Below, piece by piece: positions 25,410-38,130 of a stretch of DNA of 64,000 bases. The translations under genes were made by a program, and so were the position numbers. Below the pieces are notes generated by a model. The model was given only the letters and a program-made list of their open reading frames with translations. It did no database searches and was not told the origin of the DNA. The DNA comes from Octopus sinensis. Taxonomy: Eukaryota. The stretch is from positions 77,128,001-77,192,000 of the forward strand of contig NC_042999.1 of NCBI RefSeq assembly GCF_006345805.1. Direction: 5' to 3'. Position 1 is the stretch's first letter. Each line of letters begins with the position of its first letter.

Positions 25410-27377
25410 CTGTAACAGTAAAAATAGAAAACAGAATGTTAGGACAAAAATATACAAAATTTGTGAAATAAGAAGTTAAAAAAGTGTTGGTCTTTAAAGC
25501 TGAGCTCAATAAAATAAGTACCAGTATTATACTAATACTAAAAGGATATCCAACATTGCCTGAGAAATAAAGCACTCATTTGTTGGCTAATTATTTGAAT
25601 TTGAATCATTTATTCTCTTCATTCATTCATTATGAGTCATCTTCCAAGCTGGCATAGGTTGGATATGTACATATTTGAGACAAGATTTTACACCCACTTG
25701 CTCTTCTTGTTACTAACTCTTAACTGTTTTCCAAACAAGGAACTTTTTTATTCTACTGAGCTTTGGGATGTATTGCTCACAAGGAATGCAAATATGACAT
25801 GACACTGTTGTTTCAGCTTAGTCTCATGCAAAGAAGTGAAAATGACAACATTCACTCACTCACTCAACACACACACACACACACCACACACACACTGTCT
25901 TGATGTATAGTTAAGAGACTTGTTGACCTATCAAGTTGTTCTGAGTTCAGTCGCACTGTGTGGTGCCTTGGGCATGTGTTTTCCACTATAGTCCAGGGCC
26001 AACCAAAGCCTTGTGAGTAGATTTGGTAGATGGAAACTGAAAGAAACCCATTGTGTGTGTGTGTGTGCGTGCGTGCACGCATGTGTGTGTGCATGCACAT
26101 ATGGGTGTTTGCGTGTTTATTTACATTCATGCTTCTCCAAAAATCACAAAGACCTGGGTGGTGATTTACCCTGTTGAATTATTCACTGGCTTTGAGCCTT
26201 CAAAGATGTGTGGAATAATATATCACATACTTGAAAAACAAGTAAGGGTTAATGACAAGAATGGTATCCAGCTATGAATCAATGCTTCAATAATACATTT
26301 GTCTATTCCATGCTAGCATTGAAAAATAAAAGCAAAAGCAAACAACATAGGTGTGTGCATAGGTACACTTATGTGCAGAATTTGCCCCAAGAAAGAAAGA
26401 CTGCTAGGATATGAATGACATCATTGGACTGAAGGACAAATGTGGTTTTGTGTTATTAAGTTTCATCAGCTATGGGCACCTAATTTATTGCTCATAGCCC
26501 ACTAAGAACAGCAGTTCTTATATTTAAACAGCAAATAGTACATTTACTGATGTGCACAAAGTACAATTAACTCAAGGCACATGAAGCAGTGCTGGTTAAA
26601 ATATAGATGTGTACAGTTATGTTTAGCACATTCATGTTCACTCAAACATAGAAAGACACTTGCTGCAGAAATTATCTATAAAGGAAGATTTTCCTTATAG
26701 ACAATATATACGAAAACACATTACTAAGCTATGAAAAATGTCATCAGCATGCATTTCTGCATCATTATGCAGAGAATTTATATGGAGAATTTTTCTCCTG
26801 AGACAATTTCTAACAGCAAAGGTCTTTCCACATCCAAGTGTGCATGAATGAGTTATACACAAATGTGCACACCTGTGTTTCAATCAATGCTACTTTGTGC
26901 ACTTCTAATCAAAAATGAATAAATAAAGCTATGACAGGCTACCATACAGATTCACTGTCAATTCCACTCACTAGGCACTGGTTGACCTGAGACTGTAGTA
27001 GAAAAAATGTGCCACAAAGGCTGACTGAGCCTGAGACAACATAATTGCAAAGTGAATTCCTTAACCACAAAGTCATACCTGTGCACAATGAAATAAAACA
27101 AAGACATTCCAGTCATGACAATCCAGTCAGTATATCTTTAATACATAAATGTATGTATATATATATATATATATATATATAACTACAAAATTAGAGAATG
27201 GAGAAACATACTTAAATCAATAAAACATCAACTATCCGATGATACCCAATCAATACTTTAATACACCATTACATATGAGTAAAGGCATTATATAAAATGA
27301 GATATACAGTAATAGTAAAAAGATAAAGAGATATAAGTAAAAAATTTTCAAATATAATATGCAATTAAATCAAAACT

Positions 27378-27480
27378 GACAGCTGTTTCGGCAGTGAGGG
27401 CAGTCATACCTCATTTAACCTCTAAGCCATAAAGGCAGGTATAAATGAGGCATTAACAAGGATGCCCACGGCCTCTTCAG
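27378..27480 (-). ncRNA. Hammerhead ribozyme (type I, Penelope-type), left arm, sense to the host gene
   Basis: Mirror copy of 28264-28367: CUGAAGA...GAAACAGCUGUC, with one fewer G in stem II. Confidence 0.75.
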
Positions 27481-28263
27481 AGAATTAAATTAAATTTGTT
27501 ATAATTGTGAAAAATATAATATAACCATATACATATAAATATAAAAATATAAAAATGTAAAATATAAAAAATATAAAAACTTATACATCATAATGCTACA
27601 CTTATATAATATAATACTTATTGGTACAATAAAGGAAGGTAAACAGAACAAAATAAAACAAAATATATATCAGTGTATATACTAATATTAATAAGTACCG
27701 ATATTATACATATTTGGCTAATAGTTTTTTTAAAAAAAACTAACACATAGGGAGATGAAAAATAATAATTAAAACCATGGTTCAGTTCATAAAATTCTAA
27801 AGCTATGAAAGTTATGATAGTTATTTCGATCTTGAAAGGATGGACTTGGTGCTAACTTAACTGTATCTATTATTATTATTATTATTTTTATTATTATTAT
27901 TATTATTAATATTAATAGTAATTTTTATTAACTTTCATAGCTTTAGAATTTTATGAACTGAACCATGGTTTTAATTATTATTTTTCATCTCCCTATGTGT
28001 TAGTTTTTTTTAAAAAAAACTATTAGCCAAATATGTATAATATCGGTACTTATTAATATTAGTATATACACTGATATATATTTTGTTTTATTTTGTTCTG
28101 TTTACCTTCCTTTATTGTACCAATAAGTATTATATTATATAAGTGTAGCATTATGATGTATAAGTTTTTATATTTTTTATATTTTACATTTTTATATTTT
28201 TATATTTATATGTATATGGTTATATTATATTTTTCACAATTATAACAAAGTTAATTTAATTCT

Positions 28264-28367
28264 CTGAAGAGGCCGTGGGGCATCCTTGTTAATGCCTCAT
28301 TTATACCTGCCTTTATGGCTTAGAGGTTAAATGAGGTATGACTGCCCTCACTGCCGAAACAGCTGTC
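28264..28367 (+). ncRNA. Hammerhead ribozyme (type I, Penelope-type), right arm
   Basis: Core CUGAAGA (28264-70); stem II closed by GGC/GCC and extended by GUG-GGGCA/UGCCC-U-CAC and CCUCAUUUA/UAAAUGAGG; GAAA (28356-59); minimal stem III AC-AGCU-GU; cleavage triplet GUC (28365-67). All invariant core bases are present; stem I is weak. Confidence 0.78.
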
Positions 28368-28737
28368 AGTTTTGATTTAATTGCATATTATATTTGAAAA
28401 TTTTTTACTTATATCTCTTTATCTTTTTACTATTACTGTATATCTCATTTTATATAATGCCTTTACTCATATGTAATGGTGTATTAAAGTATTGATTGGG
28501 TATCATCGGATAGTTGATGTTTTATTGATTTAAGTATGTTTCTCCATTCTCTAATTTTGTAGTATTAATTTACGGTAATATTATTACCTTTACCCATATA
28601 ATACAATAGATGAACTGATTGTTTGACAATTTTTAACATCTATGTATTAATCTTGTTGGGTACCTATCTGGCAGTATATTGGATATATATTATCCCATGG
28701 TGGGTTGAATTTTCAACCCCTATCTCATTTTATAACC

Positions 28738-28771
<34 letters not shown>

Positions 28772-28779
28772 TACATATA

Positions 28780-28967
28780 TACAAGGGGGTGCTGAAAAGT
28801 TCCTAGCTTTGGGTAAAAGAAAATTCAGGAGGATCAGTTAATTACGATTTTATTTAACATATTCCCCTCTCAGATTCACACACTTATTCCAGTGGTCTTT
28901 CAGTTTTTCTATGCCCTGTAAAAGAACTTGGAAGGTCTTTCATGATACTCTTAAAGCCAGGAACTTT
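28780..28967. mobile_element. Mariner-type MITE, truncated
   Basis: Left end TACAAGGGGGTGCTGAAAAGTTCCTAGCTTT and a partial inverted AAAGCCAGGAACTTT at the right end. Confidence 0.6.
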
Positions 28968-30868
28968 ATATATGGGTTAGTCCACATTACTCTGGAAAGA
29001 GCATAGAACCAGTTTCCCAGTTTCTCTGGTGTATATATTCTTCCCTGGGCAGGACACCAGCCCATTGCAAGCTTTCTCATTTTCATCAGCTGAGTGGACT
29101 GGAGCAATGCCTAATGAAGTGCTTTGCTCAAGAACACAACACATTGTCAGGTTCAGAAATCAAAACCACAATCTTACAATCTTGAGTCCAACACCCTAAC
29201 CACTAGCCATGCGCCATAACACACAAACACACATACAATTAACTCAAGTGACAGAAATATGCAATAAAAGGTGAGAATTGGTAATTTATTAATAGAATTT
29301 GATGGTAATATATTTTGGATACAGTAATGAATAGGTTTTTTTAAGAATAATAAGAGAGACTATGTTATGCTTTATTTCTATAATAATAATGATAATCCTT
29401 TCTACTATATGCACAAGGCCTGAAATTTGTGGGGAGGAGACTAGTCGATAACATCAACCCCAGTGTTTCATTGGTACTTATTTTTTGATCCCAAAAGGAT
29501 GAAGGGCAAAGTCAACTTAGGCAGAATTTGAACTCAGAACGTAAAGATGGACAAAATACTGCTAAGCATTTTGCTTGGCATCCTAACAGTCCTGCCAGCT
29601 CACCAGCTTTACAATAATAATACCTCACAAGGCAGCAAATAGCAGGGAAGCTGCACCAGGTTCCAGTCTTAATTGCCTTGGTTTCTACAGCTGGATGCCC
29701 TTTCTAATGGCAACCATTTTACTGTATGTGCTGGGTATTTCTAATGTGCCACCAGCATGAGTGCTTTTACATGGCACCAGCACGAAGTTGGCAAGCTGGC
29801 AGAAACTTTAGCATACCGGACGAAATGCTTAGCAGTATTTCGTCTGTCTTTACATTCTGAGTTCCAATTCCGCCGAGGTCGACTTTGCCTTTCATACTTT
29901 CGGGGTCGATAAATTAAGTACCAGTTACGCACTGGGATCAATGTAATCAACTTAATCCCTTTGTCTGTCCTTGTTTGTCCCCTCTATGTTTAGCCCCTTG
30001 TGGGCAATAAAGAAATAAGAAACGTTAGCATGCCAGGTAAAATGCTTAGCAGTATTTCGTCTGTCTTTACATTCTGAGTTCAAATTCCGCCATGGTCGAC
30101 AAATTAAATACTGGGATCGATCTAATCAACTGGCCCCCTCCCCAAAAATTTCGGGCCTTGTGCCTAAAGTAGAAAAGAATAATAATACCTCACAAGACTA
30201 ATTTCTCATTGTTTTCTTATCAAAATGATGAGGGAGAAGAAGTGGCACGATCAGATCTCTGGATGCTAGAACTCACTGATAAAATGATGTAAAATCAACA
30301 TGAGTAAATCCACCTAACTATTAGTAGTTTATATTGTTTAACCTCCAGCCAACTCTGATTGAGCAAGCCTATGATCAAAAGCATTCCAGTTATAACTATC
30401 CAGTCTTTCTTCAGACAAATTATATCATTCATTGTGTCCATCTCTTTTTTTTTTTAGCACTTCTATCTTTTATTTGTTTCAGTCACTGGACTGCAGCTAT
30501 GCTGTGGCACCACCTTATAGGGTTTTATTCACACAAATTAACCCTAGTACTTACTTTCTTTCAAGTCTGGCACTTATTCTATCAATTTCTTTTGCTGAAT
30601 AGCAGGGAAGCTGCACCAGGTTCCAGTCTGAATTGCCTTGGTTTCTACAAATGGATGCCCTTTCTATTGGCAATCACTTTATAGTATGTGCTGAGTATTT
30701 CTAATGTGCCACCAGCATGAGTGCTTTTACATGGCACCAGCACGAGTGCTTATGTGGCACTGACAAAGGACTCTTGCAGGTCAATCCTCTTCCTGAGGGG
30801 ATGTAGCCTTAACACTTCTGCTGTGGAGGATGAATCTTCTTGTGTACAGCAAAAACATTTTTAAGGAT

Positions 30869-30923
<55 letters not shown>

Positions 30924-32059
30924 GATAAGCTCCCACATAGATTCTTATTTCTTTACTGCCCACAAGGGGCTACACACAGAGGGGACAAACAAGGACAGAC
31001 AAAGGGATTAAGTCGATTATATCAACCCAGTGCGTAACTAGTACTTATTTAATCGACCCCGAAAGGATGAAAGGCAAAGTCAACCTCAGCAGAATTTGAA
31101 CTCAGAACGTAGCGGCAGACGAAATACCGCTAAGCATTTTGCCCGGCATGCTAACGTTTCTGCCAGCTCGCCATCTTCATAATTTCACACAGTTTCTGTC
31201 AACCAAATTCATTACCAAGGTCAGCTTGCAGCTTTACTAGAAGACACCTGCCCAAGGTTCCACATACCTGAACTAAACCTGAAATCACATGGCTGCAAAG
31301 CAAGCTTCTTAACCACACAGCTATGCCTGGACCTGTGGTCATGCAACTACATAAACGTTGCCCTATAAGTTTGTGCTTGTATAGTGTAAGATTTAGGAGG
31401 TATGGCATTGTCAACCAATTGCTGCAACACTACATAGCAGTAAGAAAAACAAATGTTAAAGCACTGATGATGACAATTGTAGTGAACCTATGAGCTGATA
31501 CATAAAATCAAAGTTAAGTTTATGGAGCTATGAAGAAAAGCTTGGGTTTGAAAAAGTTTCTGAAGCACAGGCATGGATGTAGCCACCTGAAAAACCTTAA
31601 GGGATATTCTTAATCTCAAAACAAGGCTGCTACTTGTTGATTTCCAACTTCTTTCCTAGACTGAAGAGAGCTTCTGTAATGTTCGTCTCAATATCAGTGC
31701 TGTTTTCTAAAGTGCTTATATCTATCCAGTTTTTTGCGGGACTTTTTTTCCTTGGATAATGGTTAAATAAATAGTATGTGTATATTATGTATAACACACA
31801 GTTAGTAGAGAGTGTCAACCACCTTTATAACATCTATATATTGAGTATGATGCTGACAAATGTCAGATGGACAAACCAATTCATATATTACATTAATTAC
31901 CATAGTATTTTGTTAAACAGAAAATAAACATATATGTTGACTGTAATGCCATTTTCTGTACTTGGAACATGAGAATTAGTGTTGTGAAGGCTGACATATT
32001 GGTCCTCTCAAGAAAGTTACCCTAGTGCTCTCTACATGTTAGCAGAACTTCACTGAGAC

Positions 32060-32660
32060 AAGTGAGGAAGTTTAAGTATCTTGGGGCTGTATTCACAAGC
32101 GATGGGATGCCGGAGGCTAAACCAAATACTAGAATTTCAGATGGTGGCACAGTAATGTGCCAACCCCAGTATTCAATCCTCAGAAGAGGAGAGATTAATG
32201 AAAAAGTCAAACTCACAACCTTCAGTTCAGTTTTCAAGCATAGCCTCATCCATGGCCAAGGATGCTGGGTAATAACTGAAAGAGTATGATCGCAAATACA
32301 AGCAGCCAAAGTGGGATTCCTCCAAAGGATCATTAGAGTAACATTACTCAACAGAGAGCATAGCTCAGAGATCAGAGACTTGACCTGGAGAGACTCTACT
32401 TCTCTGCTTTGAGGGGTCACAGCTTCAGTACAACAGACATGTGATTAGGATGTTACAGGAAAGCCTCACAACACAGATTCTTCAAGCTGAGCCAACCAAC
32501 AGGAGACCTAGGAGTAGACCAAGAACAAATGCTTGGATAATATTCATTGTCTCAGTTTGGAATGCAGCCAGAAAGTCTAATGACTGTTGCTTCTGATAGG
32601 ATCCTAAGAAGAGGTGTCTGAAGACTCTACACCTATGAGCCTCTCAGGAACAGTGGTTCA
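32060..32660 (+). mobile_element. Decayed RTE-clade LINE ORF2 3' fragment
   Basis: KFKYLGAVFTSDG...RI...KVKL..FSSVF...LIHG..CW..TER..SQIQAAKVGFLQRI...RRPRSRPRT, with stops. Confidence 0.8.
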
Positions 32661-33744
32661 GAGAAGATGGATGGATCAGAAGGTTATAAGACAAAGTGTA
32701 ACAAACAAAACCTTTCAATAACATTGTGTAGAGCCAGCAACATCATTGTTATAGCTATAATATTTATACAACACCAAGATTTAGTCACCATCACTTCACA
32801 TTTAAAGTGGTTTCCAAAGTGATGAGAAAAAAAAGCACCAAACCAGACTTGAAACAAGAAATTAACGAAATTAATACTGAAAATACTGACACAAATAAAA
32901 TTATCACTATAACTGGTTTTATTGTCCATTTCCCCATGCTGTCATGAGTTGACAGGACTTCCAATATAGCAATCCTCCCCATAGCTCCAGCTCTAACCAT
33001 CCTCCTCCTCCCCCAACCCACACATGCACTATAGGCCTATTCTGTCAACACTTTTAAAAGCTACTTTGAATTACATTATAATACACACAACTGACATAGA
33101 ACCCATGATAAAAATAAGAAGAAAAATCTGAAAGTTAGGAAAACATAAAGAGGTAACTTAAAATTACATTATAGTCATATTTTCAAACACACACACATAT
33201 GTACACATGTATACACAGAAACACACACAGACACACACACACATATATATATATGTATACACGGACATAAGCACACACACACATGCAACAACACACACAT
33301 ATGTATGTATTTATGTATGGACATAAGCACATACATACACACACACTAACATACACAAACACAATTACCCAGTTCAAACTTTACCATAGCCTATTTTTAC
33401 AGTTGCCAGCATACAAAGGTCCACTTCTACTTTACAAAAAAAAGGTCGGCCATAAAGAATGCAATACAAAACAGTACTCCAACTAAAATCCATCTCCCTG
33501 TGCTAACATAAAAATTCAGTGATGTTACAGCATGGTTTTACAGGCAACCATACGATTAATTTATTAGTAATGGTGAAAAAGGACTTTTAATTTCATTTGA
33601 AAATTTGAACAAAAATAAGAAAACAAAAAGGATCTAATAAAAAATAAATGGGTAAGGAAACTAATAGAAAGAAAATCTTACTGAGAAATTAATTATTTTT
33701 AACAGCACTGATAAAAATATCATTGTTGTTGTTGTTGTTGCTAA

Positions 33745-35120
33745 GGCAGTGAACTGACAGAATTGTTAGCATGTCAGACAAAATGCTTAGCAGCATTTCA
33801 CTTATGCTTTGGTTCCGAGTTCAAATTCTGCAGAAGTTGACTTGCTTTTTATCTCTTTGGGATCGATAAAATAAGTACTGAATACTGGGATAGATGTAAC
33901 TGAGTAGGCCCCTTTCCCCGTAATTTCAAGCCTTGTACCTGAAGTAGAATTTTTGTTATCAAGGTGGTAAGCTTGCAAACCATTAGAGACACAGGCAAAA
34001 TGCTCACCAACATTACTACTGGCTTTTTACTTTCTGAGTTCAAATTCCACTAAAATCGATTCTGCCCTTCATCTTTTCAGGGTCCCTTTACCCAAATATT
34101 TCTGGCTTTTTGATGTAAGCGGTTATCATCATCAACATTATTATTATTAAGATAGTGAGCTGACAGAATCATCAGTACACCAAGTAAAATGTTGGGCTGC
34201 ACTTTGTCTATCTTCATGTTGTGAGTCCACATGCAACTGAAGTCGACTTTGCCTTTCATCCTTTCAGGGTCAAAAAAATAAGTACCAGTAGAATACTGGA
34301 GTTGATGTAATCAACTAGCCCCTCCTTATGAAATTCCTGGACTCATGCCTGTAGAAGAAATATCAACTAACCCCTCCCTATGAAATTTCAGGACTTGTGC
34401 CTAAAGGAGGAGGAGATTGGCAAGCTGGCAGAATCATTAGCATACCAGGTAAAACGCTTTGTAACATTACATCTGTCTTGATGTCCCAAGTTCTAATTCC
34501 ACTGAGGTCAACTTTGCTTTTCATCCTTTCATTAGTACCAGTCAAGCACTGGGGTCAATGTTACTGACTTACCCACTCACCCAAAATTGCTGGACTTGAA
34601 ACAAAAATTTAAAATCATCATCATCACTATTATTATTATTATTATTATTATTATCATTATGGCAGCGAGCTGGCAGAATCATTAGCACACCAGATGAAAT
34701 GCTTAGCGGCATTTTATCCGTCTTTACGTTCAGAGTTCAAATTCTGCTGAGGTCAATTTTGCCTTTCATCCTTTCAGGGTCAATGAAATAAGTACCAGTG
34801 TAACACTGCGGTCAATGTAATTGACTAGTCGCCTTCCCAAATTTCAGGCCTTGTGCTTTTAGTAGAAAGGATTATTATTATCATTATTATAACAAAGGTG
34901 GCAAGCTGGCAAAATTGTTAGCACATCAGACAAAATGCTTAGCAGCATTTCTTCCAGATCTTTATGTTCTGAGTTCAAATGCCATTGAGGTCTACTTTGC
35001 CTTTCATCCTTTCGGGGTCAGTAAAATAAAGTACCAGTCACATACTGGAGTCGATGTAATTGACTAAACCCCTCCCCCAAGTTTCAGGCCTTCTGCCTAC
35101 ATTAGAACCAATTATTATTA
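33745..35120 (+). mobile_element. Head-to-tail cluster of about six tRNA-derived SINEs, family B (GGCGGCGAGCTGGCAGAATC...)
   Basis: Heads at ~33745, 33963, 34151, 34418, 34661 and 34897, all on +, with GAGTTCAAATTC B-box and TTTGCCTTTCATCC core. Several are separated by (TAT/CAT)n tracts. Many other dispersed copies occur. Confidence 0.8.
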
Positions 35121-37559
35121 TTACCATTATCATCATCATCATCACTGAAAATTACTATTAATAACACTGATATATCATTGATTGTTGGGTGAGGGGCTTT
35201 GCCTTGTGCATGTACAATATGCCTAGCAATAACATTTATTAATTTCCTCCATGTCATACATTAACTTTATTTGGAATATTATATAATAAAATGTTGCAAG
35301 AGAGAGGGCGAGATGTCAAGCTTTACAGCCAAAATAAATGAAGCAAATAGTTTTTAAATAATGTTAAAGAAGGAAAAAAAAAAAGAAGTTAAATAAAAGC
35401 TATTTTCATTTGAAAAGCAACCTGCACTCAGCTCCATTCTGAGTAGAGGCAAGTTACATCATAAATATTAAGTAGAAAGGTTTTATGTAAAGGCAACTGT
35501 AAAAATACAGCCACCTACACCACCACCAGTCAAGAGAAGAGGGTAGGTGTGGTGGATTCCTGGAATTACTACTTTACTACTTTATAGGGAAAGAAGACCT
35601 AAAAGAGAAAGGCTCCAGGAAATACTGCTACTACTGCTTTCTCAAGCACGGAGGGAGAGGGAAAGAGAGTACTGGCAAAAAAGGATAGCATGCCATTTGA
35701 AAAAAAACACAAAAAACTGGCTAACTTTTGTGAAGGATGTAGCAATGATTATGGAGAGAAAGAGGGAGAAAGAGAGAGAGAGAGAGAGAGAGAGTGGGAA
35801 GCATTGGAAGTGAGTTGGGAAAAGTGAAGCTTAGAGGTGGGAAACATGACAATAACCTGATCCCTGACTGCTACTAACACATGCGAACTAACCTTGGCTT
35901 CCACTGTCCACCATACTACCACAGCACTTTGTTCAAACACTAAAATTACATTCTGCAGAATAATGGGGTTTTTTTTTTAAATAGTCAAATTGAATGAAGA
36001 AACCAAAAAAAAAGAAGAAGAAGAAAGAAAGAAACAAGAAAGAAAAAGGAGACATCAGTTTCTGTTGATAGATATATCAACAGAAATAATAACAAGGGAA
36101 AATAACTGGGTTTCTGCTGGCTTCAACGACAAATATTCAGTTGTATAATTATCTGCTCACTGAATAAGCATGTAAGCAGCTGAGTATTCCACACACACAC
36201 ATCCTCATCATTTAATGTCTATGTTCAATATTGGCATGGGGCAGACAGTTTGACAGGATCTGATGAGTCCAAAGGCTCCTTTGGATTCCAATGTCTGCTG
36301 AGGTACAGTTTCTACAGCTGGATGCCCTTCTTAGTACCAATCACTTTATAGCATGTATGGGGTGTTTTTTTTTCAAAACACCATCAGTACTGAGGCCACC
36401 GTTAGCCTGCAAGATTAAAATCACCTGCAACTGAGTGTGACTAAAGTAGAGAGAGAGAGGTATCCTTATGCTATGGGATGAGAGATTAAAGTGATGGGGG
36501 GGGTGCAAAATAGAACAGGTTTCTTACTATGGATGAGCAATATGGTTACTCAAATTATTGAAGAGGGTCAGAGTGATTGAGATGGAACTGAAAAGATATA
36601 AAGATAGTGGATGAGGAGTCAGGGCATACCCTCAAGATACTAGGTAAGTAGAAATTAAAGGTGACAGAACAGGAGGTGTAGGTGGGTAAGAAGTATCAAG
36701 AATGTATGGGAGAGTGAAAAATGATTAAAGAAATGGAATGGGAGAGAGGGGAATAATAAGACAAGGAAGAAGGAAGAGATGGGGAGTTCTGTAGAAATTA
36801 AGTAGTATTGAGGGGTTAGGGGAGGTAGGGAAAAGAAGATGAGTGATAGTGCAGAAAAGGGGGTGATGTGGGGTAGTGAAGAGCAACAGAATTATAATAA
36901 CTCTTTCTACCATATGCACAAGGCCTCAAATTTGGCGGGAGGGATAAGTCAATTAAATTGACCAGTGTTCAACTGGTACTTATTTTATTGACCCCCAAAA
37001 GAATGAAAAGCAATGTTGACCTTAATGGAATTTGAACTCAGAACATAAAGACAAATAAAATGCTAACCATTCTAACCATTTTATAATTTTTGCCAATAAT
37101 TTTATCTCCCTTATTTACCACCAATAGCTCATTGAGACAATAAATCGAAGAGAGGGATAGAGAAAAAGTTATATAAACTGAAGGAAGAGTCAGGAATGAT
37201 ATACAATAGATATGGAAACATGTAAAAAATATGACATAACTTAAAATATATAGAATTTAAAAAGACCCAAAAAGCAAATCTGATTACCCATTCATATATG
37301 GGTGAGAACCCACCTGTTATAGGCGTAAGGACAGAGTGAATTATATTAACTGGTATTTATTTTATCAACACTGAAAAAAAAATAATTAAAGGTAAAGTCA
37401 GTCCTATTGGGTTTTGAACTCAGAGCAACAAAGCATTTAGGCATTTTATCTGACTCTATTGATTCTGCCAACCCATAACAACAAACATAATTTCTCATAT
37501 AAGCAGAGGGCGCAAATTTGTAGAGTTAAAATCAATTCTAGTTCTTTATTTATTCTATC

Positions 37560-38130
37560 TATACAGTGAAGCATTTAAATTGATGCTCCATCAATTCTTT
37601 CAGCGTTTAAGGTATTATAGCCAAATAAATCCATTCCAGTATATTACTGAACTAAGAGATGAGCAAAGGGCCCTATTGCAAACCAACTTAAGAACAATTG
37701 ATAGTGACATTATTTTATTGACTGATGTCATGGATGGATATGGTTGTAGGAATGAAGAAGAATCAAGGCTTCTGTAATGTTTTGACACAAATGAACTAAC
37801 CATCTACAGCATGAATATCACAAATCCAGCCAGCCACCTGATTATCTTCCATACAAGTAAACATACAAACTAGATAGCCTTCATTCTTCCCAGAAAATAT
37901 GATAGACAGATGATCATAAATACTAAGGCCTTCCCTGGTGAAGAATCTATCACTCAGCAGAGACAGAGATAAAAGACTTTCTGGAGAGGATGATTGTAGA
38001 AAGTGAATGTGGAGAACATGTGGGACAACCCCACAACAGCACCCAAATGTAACACTCATTGAAGTGGTTAAAGGTATGAAGGCAGAGAAAGCAACTGGCC
38101 CATCAGGTATAATAATAATGAACTTATTGT
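37560..38130 (+). mobile_element. Decayed RTE LINE endonuclease-to-RT fragment
   Basis: GYGCRNEEESRLL*CFDTNELTI...PASHLI...KAFPGEESITQ resembles the end of the APE endonuclease. EVVKGMKAEKATGPSGI resembles the K.GKA.GPSG motif. Confidence 0.7.

Larger units (their letters stand above)
27182..28563. mobile_element. Head-to-head inverted pair of Penelope-like pLTR/3' segments (1.38-kb palindrome)
   Basis: Arms are 27182-27814 and 27929-28563. Base-by-base comparison gives 1 substitution and 2 single-base homopolymer indels. The 114-bp spacer includes (TAT)n. Each arm holds a hammerhead motif. Confidence 0.85.

Noticed and set aside
26695-26883. ORF with a C2H2-like CTLGCGKTF...L motif on -
   Set aside because: The first His position is Lys, there is no phase-compatible donor/acceptor pair and the ORF is short. 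It is probably chance or a TE remnant.
31630-31770. Protein-like ORF KSPAKNWIDISTLENSTDIETNITEALFSLGKKLEINK on -
   Set aside because: No recognisable family and no convincing splice donor.
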